64,000 nt of DNA from Podarcis vaucheri. Taxonomy: Eukaryota. The notes beneath the pieces were generated by a model that worked only from the letters and a program-made list of their open reading frames with translations, was not told where the DNA came from and made no database searches. The number at the start of each line of letters is the position of its first letter. The first letter of the stretch is position 1. The stretch lies in the NCBI GenBank assembly GCA_965113315.1, contig OZ220364.1; one strand, given 5' to 3'. Position numbers and translations under genes: made by a program. Shown piece after piece: positions 49,650 to 64,000 of this stretch.

Positions 49650-51075
49650 TAAACCCAGCCAGCTTCCTGAAGTTTCTATTCCATTCCTTTATGATAGTTT
49701 CAAAACTTTGATTTGTTAAAAGGGGGTGGGGTGGGGGCAGTGGATAACTGAATCTGTGTTTAGTAGCAGTGAAACTTAAATGACAAAAAGTCAACAGATT
49801 TCAAAAACAGATTGGTTATAGAATACTCAAGAAGCTCATTCCCATTTTGAACTTTATCCATCTCCTCCTCTTGAGAAATTCTAAGAAGTTAACAATAACA
49901 TCAAAATCCTTTTAAAAATACCCAACACAGAGATTTAAAAGCAACGCCACCACACACATACAAAAATACACATAAGGGACAATGCACCATGTACTAGAAG
50001 TCTTTAGAGTTTTATTGATGTATCCTCTACTTCTGCCATCTATAAGGTTGGAGGAAACTGGAATTTGTGATAGTTTAAGGTTCATTTGATATCATTTGGT
50101 TTTTTCCTCCACTCCTTGCAACATGAACAAGATTCTGCTCCTAGTTTTGTGGTGCACAATCCTTTTTCTGTTTCCTTCTTCTACAAATAGTAATAGCCCA
50201 CCTCAAGCAGCTGTCCTGGGGGCAATATTGATGTCTTCTGAAAGTAGGAGCGCCTATCTTCAGCCTGATTCAGTCACAATTTTCCATGACTGAGCATAAT
50301 ATTCCACATACCCCACCCCCAAAAAACCCAGAAACCTATGACGGATGCTCCACCATGCAACGGTAGAGCCCCAATGAAATTGGGAGGGATTCTTTTATTT
50401 TTAAAGTAAGGCATGATCATTATTCCTCTGAGGATCCTGTAGAAAGCAGACCTCACTGAACTGGTTGGGTGAACTGAATAGTATTTAGCTCATTGAGGTT
50501 AGGATTTCCAAGTCATGCTGCTGGGATGGGACTAAAGCAGCCTTCACCAGCCTGGCCCACTCTAGATGTTTTGGATTGCAACTCCCATCAGCCCCAGCCA
50601 GCATGGGAAGGACCAAGTTGGTGACAGCCAGACGGAAGACTTCATAGGTGATAATTACGGTAGTTGTGCTTCATTTATTTTAGTGAAATAACCTTAGGGC
50701 CATTTACCACATTGCTTTTTGAAGGCATGAGTACATAGACTCATGTCTTAGTCCAACTTCATGTAGGAAAGCAGACATTCATCTGCTTCCTAGGTGAGAC
50801 TTGGGTTTAGAAGCACTTATTGGGTATTTGCATCTTCCTTGACATATAGATGTTTCAACCTTGCAACATTATGTTTTCTGGCATCTTAAGATACCGATGA
50901 GCACAACCTTGCCTTCAAAATTAATGTCATGTACAGCAGGCATTTTGCTACTGGTGCTAAAGTAAGGCCACATTAAATGTCTTGAGTCAGTACAAGGAAG
51001 GACTAGAGGGAAGAGCAAACATTTTGGTCAAAGCAGACTCTAAAGTGATCCAGTCAGAAGGAAAGAATATAGCAC

Positions 51076-51569
<494 letters not shown>

Positions 51570-51912
51570 TGACTAACATGGGGGTATGATGCATACTGTA
51601 TAGCTAGCTGAGCTACAGAGGTCTGAGTACCATCGTAGTGGACATTGTCCAAACCCATTGTTATTCAGAGTCATTTGTGCTCCTATTGAGCTGATCTCAT
51701 TGGTCTGTTATTACCCCTGTTGAATAGCTGTGACACTGAAGTAGCAACTAATCTGGATTTTTATAGTATTAACTGGGGAGGGTCTCACTTTTACCCTGGC
51801 CTAGTGCAGCATTGTTTCAGCTCCCCCAGTTTCCCTATCCTAACCCTACATCCATCTTCATGACTGTGCTTTCTCTCTTTCTATTTCTCTCTCTATCCCA
51901 CCCCCTCAATAG

Positions 51913-52023
51913 TTCTACAATGCCACACCTGTATATGATTATCTACTAAGGATGTTCAACATTGTCTTCACTTCCCTGTTCTCACTGGAGTGCATTCTGA
52001 AAATCATCGCCTTTGGATTGTTG
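51913..52023 (+). CDS. CACNA1A: exon 30 (IVS2: [37 protein letters not shown])
   Basis: caatag| / |gtaagt, 111 nt. Confidence 0.95.
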
Positions 52024-53982
52024 GTAAGTGTCACTCTTGCTAAACTTCATGAGAAATAATCATGAAGGCCTCCACTACAGAGTGGGAGGAATATGACCCC
52101 CTTTTTCATGAAACAGGAAGGCGTATATTGCACTTTGGTTAGTTGTTGTTTTTAAAGAAAATTTTAATTTATTTGATAGTAATATTATTTATACCCTGCC
52201 CATCTGTCCCTCTACATGACTTAACAGAGCTCACAGGGCCCTCAGAGATCACACTGCTTATGGAAGCATGGGAAGTAACAACATCTCACTCCTCCAGAAA
52301 CAAACAATACTTCTGCTGGAGGCCATGGATATAAACTGACTCATTTACAAAGGAGTCTGAAAAAACCCATCAAATTTAGACTTTAGCTTCTCTTGCAACA
52401 GGGCTGCTCATGCTAGGACTCTTGGCTTCCTGTACAGGAAGCTATTTATTCTTCACATTCAACTCTAGTTAAACTCTGACTTTTGCTACGCCCATGATTT
52501 AGAGAAGAGTATTTTTGGGCAGTGTCCAGGCTTGAATGTTGTAGTCAGAGAAAGAAAGAGGGGGCCTCCTAGGAGAGTGAGAAAGCAATAAATCTATACA
52601 AAGGTCAGTTAGTTGTTAGCTTCTTCTGCAACATGAATGTTCCATTACAAGGGGTCCAACTAAACATCTCACCTCTCATTTGAAAACTTTAATGTTCAGC
52701 AGCCAAACTTGAGAGCAGAAACTAAGTTGGTCTCTAAGCGCACTTAAAAGGGAAACAGAAACACCATACAGTAGGTTCATGTGAATAAGTTTTATTGTTA
52801 CAAGCAATATTGTGACAATAGCAGCTTTAGGAAATCTGATCACTGAAGGCTTTCTTCTAGCATAGAAGCCAGCACCTGACAACACTTGGGCCAAATACAA
52901 TCTGCTAAGCCATGCAATATCTCTGCCTGCATCCCTGGTTCCTAAACTCAGAGGAAACACAAGAGTTTAAATGACCAGTGTCTATAGCAATGGAATGGTA
53001 GCAGATAGCAATAGGTAGCAGAACATTTTGAGGTGCTGGGCTTAGGGTCCATGGATAGCTGCCATTCCCAACTTCTCTACTCATTTTAAAGTGACCCTCC
53101 AAAAATAATAATCTTAATTTTAATTTAATTCAATTTTAGATTTACCCACCCTTCACCACAAGGTCCCAGGGCAAGTTACAACAATATAAAAATACAATAT
53201 TAAAACAATTTAGACCAAATTGCTGGCAAGGACTCTTTCAAGAACTTACTCATTCCTGACCCTGAACCACACTATTTGATATTCACTGTGACTGATGAGC
53301 TGAATTAATTTGCTTAGTAATAGCTCTGCCATTACTTAGTTAGGCTTTGGAGACAACTGGCATTCTCTCCTTAGAGATGCCGAGCTGAAAAATGGAATAG
53401 TCCCCAGGTGTAGTCTTATTATTAGGCTTGTGTGTGTTGTATTTACTTTTATAGATGTTCTTGTGATTGTCCATGCAAATAATTGAGGAAGGGGAAAGAT
53501 GTACAACTGCTTGCTCCTTGCTTGAGAGTGTCACAGCCCTTGGTCTCACTGGGCAGTTGCATTGCCTTAAGCATTCACAGGGAGCATATTGAAAGAAAAC
53601 AAGCCTTCGCTCTCATCCTACTCTCACTCACTGAGGTCTGTTTCTGACCAGTGGAAACAAATCCCATGGGCCTCTGAAAATTTGAGCTCAGCTGTTTTCA
53701 CTGACATAAGGCGACAAGACCTGCCACTTTATCCCCATTTCAGGAGGCAAAATGCATAAAGAAAAGCCCCCTAGCTAGTTTAGTTTTGCAATCCCCATCA
53801 CAAGATCTGGAATGCACCCAAAAGGTAATCAGGACCTGACTGGGGCAGGAGGGTGGGGGAATAGAAAAGGTGAATATTTCTCTGTTCTCGTTGCTGTTGC
53901 TTCCGTCGTGATTGAATGTTGTCACCTGTTTGCTGCTGTGTGGCTGTTCCTTTTCGTCCTTTGTTTTGTTCTTTCTTTATAG

Positions 53983-54078
<96 letters not shown>

Positions 54079-54679
54079 TGATGGTGGGGATGGCATTCTG
54101 GGGGTGGGAGGCATTCTGCAGGGAGTGGGAAGCAAGAACTGAAACATGAGGTTTTCATCCCATTGAACTGCATCCTTAACTAGGATAGGAGCTGGAGAAT
54201 CCAGAGAATGGCAATACAAGGCCTAAGTAAACATTATTTATTGGCTGCCAATGAACATAGTGCAGTGTTCCCTTTCTTCTTCAAGAACAGATTCTCAAAA
54301 GTGCATAACAGCCGCTCCCACATTTTCAGTAACTCTTCAGTAAAATATGTATATTTGTGACAATCCTTGCTGTTGCTCAGCAAAAGGTGTAGGCTTCTTC
54401 TAAGGCCTTGACACTGGTATTTATTGGGAATTTCTCAAATTAGATAGAGTACGAAGGGCCACTTTGCACTTTACAGTGTGGATGCACAAATTAAAAGAAT
54501 TAGTAACTACTACAATCATTTCCAAACCAGTGGGCCAGAGCATTCTAGTGTGCCAAAAGAGTATCACTGATATGCTTCCAGAAATGAAATGATTCAGTTT
54601 CTTACTGTGAGCCCAAAGTTCCTGCCCACAACAGAGGAGGCTACCCACTTCAGCCCTCCATCCTTCATTACTCAGGTGT

Positions 54680-54852
54680 TCATAGAATCATAGATTTGGA
54701 AGGGATCCCAAGAGTTATCTAGTCCAACCCCCTGCAATACAGAAATCTCAGCTAGAGCATCCATGATAGATGGCCATCCAACCTCTGCTTAAAAACCTAC
54801 AGGGAGAGAGAGTCCACAACCTCCTGAAGGTGACCATTCCACTGTCAAACAG
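54680..54852 (-). mobile_element. CR1 LINE 3' fragment
   Basis: CATAGAATCATAGA (reverse of the CR1 ATTCTATG tail), TCTAGTCCAACCCCCTGC, GGAGAGTCCAC-like. Confidence 0.75.
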
Positions 54853-56214
54853 TGTTGCTTCTTTCCAAGCAGCTTCTGTTAAGAATCTATAATTCTACCA
54901 CATCTCTCCATCTGGTGTGATTGGATTATTCAAGCACTCCTCAGTGCAGAGATGCAGCAGAAACACATGTCCTTGGTGGAAGCTGCATGTTACATCTCTG
55001 CACTTGTCACTGTTCTGGGAAGCTGTTCTCCTTCCAGTCAGGAAGCTTGGCCAAAACAGTGACTCTCAGAGAACACAACAGGGCGGGTTCCAAGGCAGGA
55101 AGGCAGGAAGGCAGGCAGGCAGTTTTTACTCTTACACATAATAAAATTCAACATATGGGGGGTGTATGAGTCAGTGTACTTCCCATTTTAACTCAGAAAT
55201 GTGTACCTCCCCTTTAAAACATTTAGAAATACTGATATACTCACTTCTATTCCATAGCATGTTAGGTCATGTCTACACCTGTGTGTATATCATAGACATA
55301 TGTGTCAGGGGAAGGAGAGGGTAACCATGATCATCTGCAAAATATTGGATTTCCTCAGTGTAACTGCAGTCGAAAGTAAAACGCATTTTATCAGACTAAA
55401 AGTAGGTACACCGTAAATCTTTAACGTGTACCTCCTTTTGCTGTAATGTGTGGAGTGGCCCCAAATGGGATATACATGGTCAAATCTAAAGCCACTTTAC
55501 AGAAGTTTTTTATAGAGGCAACAACGAGAGTGAATCTTAATCCAAATAGATGCCATCACACAACAGAGCTTGTCCTCATGACTTCCAAAGAAGATTGTGT
55601 AAGGGCTGGCAGGCTGTGCTTGGCATGGCAGCAGCTGGGGTGCCCAACTCCCTGCAGAAATCCTCTGAATTAGTTTTTCTCATGCACATCCCTCTATAAA
55701 AGAGTTCAAGCTGCAGAAGGGGCTTGCAATCAGCATTCCCTCATTTTTTCCTCTCACCCTTATCCAGCCTTCAGAATGTAACAGGTGGCTGGGAGAGGGA
55801 CATACTAGGCATGCCTTGGGGCTAAACTGTGCATGACTTGGAAGCCCCATGACCAGATCTCCCAATATCTTCTCTCTTTTTTCTTCAAAGCTGCATCTGA
55901 GAGTGGGGAGGGTTTCTAATTTGAGATGAGGGGATTCCTATTTTACCTTTATGTAGTTATCAAAATGTATGTATTATTCACTTGGCAGAAAATCACTAAG
56001 CAGCTTACAAAAAAAAAAATCATTTTAAAATGCCAATAAAAGCAAACAAGTTGACTTTTTTAATCAAAATATAGATAAAACCAACCATTTAAAAATCCTT
56101 AATAAAATTACATGTGAAAGCTGCATGTTAAAATTACAGGCTATTAGCAGGCAGAGTAAAAAAATACAACAAAGGTGCCTGCCTAATGTTCATGGGCAGA
56201 AAGTTGTTTATTTG

Positions 56215-56578
56215 TTGCATTTCTATCCCACCTTTTTCTCCAAGGAGCTCAAATTGGCAGACATGATTTTTCCCTTCCTCATTTAATGCCCTTCAACAAT
56301 CCCGTGAGGTAGACTAGGTTAAGAGGCAGCAACTGACCCAGGGTCACCCAGTGAAATTCATGGACGAGTGGAGATTTGAACCCTGTTCTCCCAGGTCCTG
56401 GTCCAACACGGACCCAGCCTTTCTCAACCTTGGGTTCCCAGATGTTCTTAAATTACAACTCCCACCATCCCTGACCCCTGACCATGCTGGCTAGGAATGA
56501 TGGAAGTTGTAGCCCAAGAACACCTGGGAACCCAAGGTTGAGAAAGGCTGCTCCAATCACTTCACTACACTGGCTCTC
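56215..56578 (-). mobile_element. MIR/Ther1-like CORE SINE interrupted by a MITE
   Basis: CAACAATCCCGTGAGGTAG, GGTCACCCAGTGA, GATTTGAACCC; head resumes after 56550 with CACTGGCTCTC. Confidence 0.6.
56415..56550. mobile_element. palindromic MITE with perfect 27-bp TIR
   Basis: CAGCCTTTCTCAACCTTGGGTTCCCAG and its exact reverse complement at 56524-56550. Confidence 0.85.
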
Positions 56579-59280
56579 AGTGCTGCCATACTGAAGGATC
56601 AATTCCATGTGAGTCCTTCCTACCACCGTGAAGTTTCCCCATTCAAACAAAGGTCTCTCCCTCTAAGCTACTGGGAAAAGTACATTGCCCATATTTGTAC
56701 TTGTATTTTTGCCTCAGCTGGGGTAAAACCAGCTGAGAGGTAATTTCACTCAAGGAAACAGCATGGAGAGAATTTCTCTCCTCCAATATTGCTTCCTTAT
56801 GCTGTTTCCCTAGTCAAAATAAGAGTCCCTTTAAGTAGCTTTGAAGAAAAGTAAAAGAGCTTAGGGAGATTTGATCACAGATCTCCCATGTCATAAGTAG
56901 CTTAGCCCACAGTGAGATGTGGAGCAGGGGAAGATATCTGAATGAACATCCTGAAATGATACAGAGGCATGACAAATTCAGGGAATTGGCAGAACAACCC
57001 ACCCATTCAAAGGCAAATGTGCTTCCAGCAGGAATAGACCAGGGAAACTGAGGCATTAACCTTGGAAAAGCTTCCATAAGTATTTATGGCACAACCAGGC
57101 ATGGAGAGACTTGTTTCCAATTGCCTACAGTAACTGCAAAATCCTTCTGTCAATTTTGTCCAGAACGCTTTGATGGTGATAATTTTCTTTATACTTGGTC
57201 TTGGGAAGTACACAGCACAGCAAACTCTTACTAAAATTATTCTGTCATGGCCTTTGGCTACAACAAGAAACATGTGAACTACTAAAATTATCAGGAAAGG
57301 TCTTTCCCAGAGAATATGCATGCATGGCACACTATTCCAAAATGCCCATGTGTGTGCACTGTATGTGTACCAAGGGAGCATATATATTGCTTATGCACAT
57401 TTCCTCACAGGTGATGAGGGTGTTTAAAGAGCACCCATTCTTCTAGATTTCTCAATATGGCATAGTGATTCATTTCTGTTTGACCTAAAGGGTTATTTAA
57501 ATTTACTTTGACAAAGGAATGGCATTACACAGGAAACACTGAACAGTTTAGCTATGTACTGAGAACACTTCAAATGAGGATTGCAAAAGCTAGTGCTGGC
57601 CTTCAAAGTGTCTTGTCAAAACAAAATGTTGCAATGTGGAGTGTTGCTGCTCAGGACCCTAACCACTTGGTTCCATCGCAGCCTCGGTTCCTACCCTCCA
57701 ATAGTCTGTGGGTGGGGGGGTTGCATATGTGTTCTGCAACATGTCATTGATGCATTAATAGTGCATTAGTGGTGGATTTATATTGTACCAGCCGCACATC
57801 TTCTGTTTTTTTAAGTTATTCTACGATTCTTTCCCAGTGTTTTCTGGAGGGGCACTCTTGCACTATAACACAACAAAAATGGGACCAACACCCTACCCCC
57901 TGAACAGCTGTGGTATAAAAAGTTACAGGATTTTGGCAAGACACTACAGGACATGGATAGACTGGAAACGAAGCAATACGTCTGCCCCAAATTTTTTGTA
58001 AGCGTGAACAGTATCAAAAGCAGAGTAGCTGCCCCAGCATAATCATGAGTACAAATCATAAATGCACAATAAAAAGACATCTAGAGGTGCAGGAAATCTC
58101 CCACCACCATCCAAGGGCAGAACTTCAGTTAGGAGATAAAATCTGAGACCTTCCAGAGACAATGCAAAACTTCCAGTATAAATAGGTATGAACTCATTGT
58201 GCTCCACATTCTGAATGGATCTCTTTCTTTAGTGCAAGTTGTACAACCACCAATACCATTTTGGGTTATTATGCCTTTTTTCAGTCTTTTATCTTGGGGC
58301 CAAACTAGACCTGATGTAGGAGATTCATGATCAGGATCTTCCATGGTTTAGGCTTCTGTTTTTTTTTTTTTTAATAATTAGATTAGCAGTCCCATATGGG
58401 AAAGGCCTGTATGGGAAGTGGGATTCCCAATCTAAATTCCCACCACCCAAAGAAGATTTAAAATGAACCCATACATTCTGCTTAGAACACAGTAGGTATT
58501 TCAACCCTGTGGTTGCTAGGTTGTCTTTTTTACTACAGCTGTGGTGTACATTTGTTCTGCCACTTATTCGTATATGGGTGATCTTTTCCAAGTAGTTAGG
58601 CTTCCACACATTTCCAGTATGCTTGGATGGCCATTTGTATGGCTGCTCTAAGAGCAAGTGAAAGTTACCTACAAGTAGCTTGAATTACAATTGTAATTGT
58701 ACCCGGCTTTGCTTTGAATGCCCAAACTCTTTGAACACTGCAACTTCGTATTATGCAACTTTGTTCATATAGCATTTCTTTGAGTACTTACCACGCTGAA
58801 AGATGGGGAAATTAGGTCACTCCAACAAGTTTCACATTTTAGAAGGTGGTAGTCTAAGGACACATAGTGCTCAGACTCAAAGAAGTGACCTCACAGATGG
58901 GTTTTGAAGAACTGTGTTGGTAAGTAACTGTCATTAATAGCACTGACTCATGGAAGTCCCTGTTCCAATATGTGCCTCAGTTTCCCTCTCTCACTTACCT
59001 CCCAGAATAATATGGGTGGGTCAACAAAAGTTTTGTTTATGCTGGAAGCCTGTAGGTAAAGCCAAACGTGTAGATATTTTGGTTAGGAAGATCAGAATGC
59101 TAAAGTCATGGATTCCCTAAATTCCAGAAAGACAGGTGAAAGGGGTGAGTGTGGGAGAAGGGTGGGCTAGGGGTCTCCTTCCCCAGGGCTATGTATGATA
59201 TATAATGACTTTGTCTTTTGTCTTCTTTCCATGCTGTCTCTTTATATTGTTCTATTTTGGCGCAACACCCTCTGAAAATG

Positions 59281-59500
59281 TCATCCAATCAAAATGCACT
59301 ATGAAAAATCCATCTGTCCATCCATGAACTGGTCTGTGTGTCCATGCTAATGAATATTTCTGAACTTCCCTGCCCTGATCCCTCTCCCATCACCAAAAAT
59401 GAAATCACTGCCTTCTGCATTTCTCCGTTTGCTGGTTGGAACTCAACTTGCGGTATTAAAACACCCACCCTTCCCTGACCTTCTCTGATCCTCTCCATCT
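59281..59500 (+). promoter_or_regulatory. YCAY (Nova-type) cluster upstream of microexon e31a
   Basis: at least eight TCAT/CCAT/TCAC/CCAC motifs, e.g. ATCCATCTGTCCATCCATG and CCCATCACC. Confidence 0.6.
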
Positions 59501-59516
59501 CAATGTTTGCATCTAG

Positions 59517-59522
59517 GATCCG
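59517..59522 (+). CDS. CACNA1A: microexon e31a/31* (6 nt GATCCG = Asp-Pro; mammalian NP exon ortholog)
   Basis: pyrimidine tract, tttgcatctag|GATCCG|gttggt; phase 0 between exons 31 and 32; YCAY cluster upstream. Confidence 0.85.
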
Positions 59523-62500
59523 GTTGGTTTGATTACTTTCTCAAGCCTAAGTGCCTTACATTAATCAAAAGCATCTTCTTGGCGCATTGCATGATCTTTT
59601 GAGCCAAAGATGCCTGCAGTTTACTGGGCAGCTTCCGCTTTTAGACCCCCCACTTACCCCATATTGTGTCACTTATTTTATTCAGATTCACATATGGCTT
59701 CCAGTAACCCCATAGCAGGGATGTGGTATATATGCTGGCTGTTTGCCATAATAAACATTGATTGATTGAGGGATATGGTATAGTAATACTGCAGCCTTGG
59801 TGATGCCAATCTCTAAAGAGGTGATTGCATTTAATCTAAGACTTGCATCAGTATGGATAGGCTTTCTAAAAGGATATGGTGGTAGACAGAAAGCTGTATC
59901 TGCAAGTCGCTGGGTTCTGACCCAGGGCCAGTGTCAGTTCCTGTCTGGGGGAAAACTTGGGATGGGAATTCAACATGCAAGTGCCTTCCTTGATGACATA
60001 CAATACCTGATGACAGTTTGCATGGGTGGAGCATCCACCACAGTTGAAATACTGCAGATACTTTGCATATCATCTGGCATCACCTCCAAGCACATAGTTT
60101 TTGCAGTGTGTGCGCAGTCAAATAGAAGACCTAAAAATCCCACTTGTCAATAGCTATCTGAACAAGTACAGAAAATCCCTGCACCCCCAGCTTCATTCTG
60201 CATGCACAGGCATGCCCATTCACTCAAAACTTTTCACATTTAACCTTCCCTTAATGCATACAACTTTAGCTGGGTATCCACTTACCACCTAAACACAACA
60301 CACGCAAACACATTTCCTCACACATGAACTGACCCTAAGGTCCTCTCAGCGATATTAAGATTCTCCATACACTTTCAGCAATGCACAGACAACCTCTGCT
60401 TTGGTCAGTTGAGGTAGAACAATCCCTTAGAAGAAGTAAAATATCATTATAACTATGGAAATTAGCCCAAGCCCATTTAGGAGTATTGAGAGGGATATTA
60501 ACATCCCTTTTCCTGAGAGTCAGTTGTGGACGGTGAGTCAAAGAGAAATCCTCAATTTTATTTCTCTGGGCCACTTTCAGTCTTACTTTTCTAACACACA
60601 CCGATACTCCTCTTAAGATTAGGGTAGACATTAATTTTGAAAGATTGCATGTGCGTCCGTTTCACATATTTAACAAAATCTCAAGAGGAATCTTTTGAGA
60701 AAACTTCTTCAAAATGAAACAGACATATATATAATAAATATAAATCAAATTGAAACAGACACACATCACAGACACAATGCATAGCTTGAAGCAGTGATGC
60801 CTCCTATACTGGTTGGCTGACTTGATACAATGATCTAAATATTCAGTTGCTGAAAGGACATTGCTACTTAAAGTCCAGCTTTTCTGAGGGAGGGTAAATT
60901 GACAGTGGCCTGTAGTGAAGCTTAGTGATAAAGTGTTCAGAAGAAGGGAGGCAGAATGAATGGTACAGAGTAGGAAATGGACTGAAAGCAGGGAATCTGA
61001 AGGAAGGGTAGGTGAGCTAGGAAAAAGCAGCAACGGGAGTTGAGACAAAAAAGAAAAGGAGGAGGCGGCAGTGAAGAAATTCTACAATGTGTAAGATCAA
61101 GAGGCAGGTGTATGGTGTATGTTTGGGGCAGGAGAGTGCTAGGACTGTTAGCCAAAAGAGACAGGATGAATGAAAAGTGTGGGGCAAAGTAGAATGGACT
61201 GAAAAAATGCAATAAAATTTGTAGGTGGAGACATGGAATGGAACTTAAGAAAGTAGGATACAAGAAGAAAGCTGAGCTAGGACTGTGGATTTTGTCTGAA
61301 AGGAAATGGGCAGGCAAAAGAGGTTTGGAGGACTAGAGACAGTGGAACTGGGGGGGGGGGTGTTTCTAGATCTAGTCTGACACAGGCTTCCACCGGTTAA
61401 ATAGTTTACTTTCACTGCATCATTGTGTCCTAGAATAAGATTCAAAAGGCAAGGGGCAGAGCTGAAATATATATATTGGTTTAAACAAAAGAGCTAAATG
61501 TTTTGGCTGAAAGATTGTCCACTTAAGATATTGACCTTAGAATAGGCTTAAAAAGTAATGTAGGAAGTGAACTTTGGAATACAGGTGGTTAATAGGAAAG
61601 AGAGAATGGTGTGTGGCACCATTCCTAATGGTCTGTGTGGGCATATATTTCCAACTGGAAATGGGTGTGGGTCCCCTGCCTGTCTCTCTTTCCCTCTGCA
61701 TGAATATCATTCTTTGTTTGTCCAGCATGATCTGAGCATGGCAGTTTTAACAAACTGGTTTCACCCCATTGTATGTGTCACAGAGCCACCTCCACTACTG
61801 CCACCATGCATGTCCACTGAAATCCCAATTAGAGGAACAGCCTTTTTGGAGGGTTGGAGAAGGATGGGCTTATAGCTTCTGGGAACACACATGCAAGCAC
61901 ATGCATACAAAGAGTGAAGATGCAGCAATTAGGTTCTTTTCAGAAGAGAAAATAAATCCTATTACAGTACATGGATATATTTGGCTGCAAAAACCACACT
62001 GTCCACTGTGTTATCACACACTTATAATGTCCACTGTGTAACTGCATGGCAATTCCTCAGTCTTTGTTTTATAATTATATAGCAAGGCATGTAGCAAGCC
62101 AGTACATGTTGAGTGGTCACACCAATCTTTTGGCATGTGTATTGCCTGAGTCTTTTTTGTGCAGTTTTCTTTGGAGTTTGTGTATGAGGGGCGCTGTAGC
62201 ACAGGTACTTTCTTGAGGGAGATGTTGGTGCAACTACATTCATTCCTGTGATGTATGTTGCATAGATATCCCTACACACTCAATCACTTGCACTGTTTAG
62301 TGTACCATGGTGAAGCCACATGGTAATTCTCTTTGGAACCGTTAGAGCCAGCCAGGTTGTCCCTTTACAGTGTTCTCATTGCTTGAACATGCAATTCGGG
62401 TTCCAGTGAGATCAAAGTGTGGTTCCATTGAGTTCAATATCAAAACCCAGGAAGGGTCCATGGCGCATAGATTACTAAAGCACTTAACCATTCATACTGG

Positions 62501-63373
62501 GGCTAAAATACAGGTTCCTGTTCAAGGGCTTTTGCCCAGGGATAAAGCTCATGTGTTTCTTACATGAGTTAAATATAAGTTGGCATTTTGTATCTAAGTT
62601 TATCTTTTTCTGTGCTAGGCCTTTCTTCCAACCTTTACTGGAACTCTTTTTTAGAAAGTGTCTGAAGGTCTCAGTGGTAGTTACTAGAGATACACAAACA
62701 CATACATCAATATTCTATTGTCCAAACTCAGGTGATATCCTAACCCTCAGAAACCTTGGGCATCTTTCGCTCTCAGGGGCTGTGGGTGTCTGGCCATAGA
62801 ACACTTTGCAACTAAGCAGTACATTGTCACACTTCAATGTATTCGTTTTATCCCAGAAGCTTATATGCCATTTCCTCTGAAGGAGACAGATAAAAATGCA
62901 TCTTGGTGAACCCAACAGGAGAATGTTTTTCCTATCTTGCCAGAATCACAAATCCTTCTTTTAGCTACAAATTTGTTGAACTAAGCTCTTCCTTCAGGGC
63001 TTGGGGTGTGGCCCAACACCTGTTGGGTGCACAGAACAGATGCATTTTCCATCGAGAATGATATGAGTGCAAGTCTCCAGACATTTCTCAGCTCTCTTCT
63101 TCCTCACTGGCACTTGTCTTGCTATCTCCTCCCTCCAGATTTGTGTGCACAGAACATGTGTGATGTGAGGCCACACAATAATGTTCTGCCTGCTTGTGTC
63201 AAAAAATATCAGTGCATTTGGTTGTGGGTATATTTTTAAAAAATGTAATCATGTGCTAATGAATTATCACTGATTTTCCAAATGGATGATTTTCCAAGTA
63301 GAGGGGTGGCCTTATTATCATGCTAATTTTCTTCATGTGTGTGATCCCTCTCCCTTTCTTTGCTATTCAGTGA

Positions 63374-63652
<279 letters not shown>

Positions 63653-64000
63653 TGAGATTTGAAGTTGTGGGTGGTTGAGAGAGAAAGGGAGGGAAGTAGT
63701 AGGAGTGCAGAAAGTTTAGGAGATTATAGCTAGAGACATCCAACCTCATCCATCTACCTGTTTATTTCTCTGTTCATTCACCACCTCTTATCATGCACTT
63801 TGAATCATGAATACTTTCTTTCATGTTGTTGAAGTTGAATCATGTTTCATTAACTCACCCTTTTGCATGGGTAAGTAATCACTGCACGATTTCTGTAGTC
63901 ACGATGTGGCAGGGATTAGAGGAAGGAGTGATAGAGTCTACAACAGCCTTCTTCAACATGGTCCCTCCAGTTGACTCCCATCCTCCTTCATTCCTGACCA

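Overview
This is vertebrate genomic DNA, almost certainly from a squamate and probably a lacertid lizard (it carries a Sauria/POM-type SINE with an (ACCTTT)n tail). The whole window lies inside one + strand gene, CACNA1A (Cav2.1 P/Q-type calcium channel alpha-1A). I mapped 26 constitutive coding exons by hand (equivalent to mammalian exons 7-32). They total 4089 nt = 1363 codons in continuous frame, from domain I S6 to the domain IV S4-S5 linker. Two neural microexons are also present: 12-nt e24a (SSTR) and 6-nt e31a, which here encodes DP rather than the mammalian NP. Splicing features include a GC-AG intron after exon 8, tandem TG/TG/AG acceptors at exon 10 and a U12-type intron 16. Introns hold SINEs, L2/CR1/L1 fragments, TA-TSD and hAT-like MITEs, solo LTRs and Penelope-like fragments with hammerhead ribozyme motifs. 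The best new leads are: a candidate in-frame 78-nt cassette exon in intron 24 (38453-38530); an intact sense-strand minimal hammerhead motif inside an inverted Penelope-like insertion in intron 20; the DP variant of e31a; and a possible 23-nt poison microexon before exon 32. There is no prokaryotic-type system (CRISPR, operon). Exon numbers and mammalian comparisons are from memory, not from a search.
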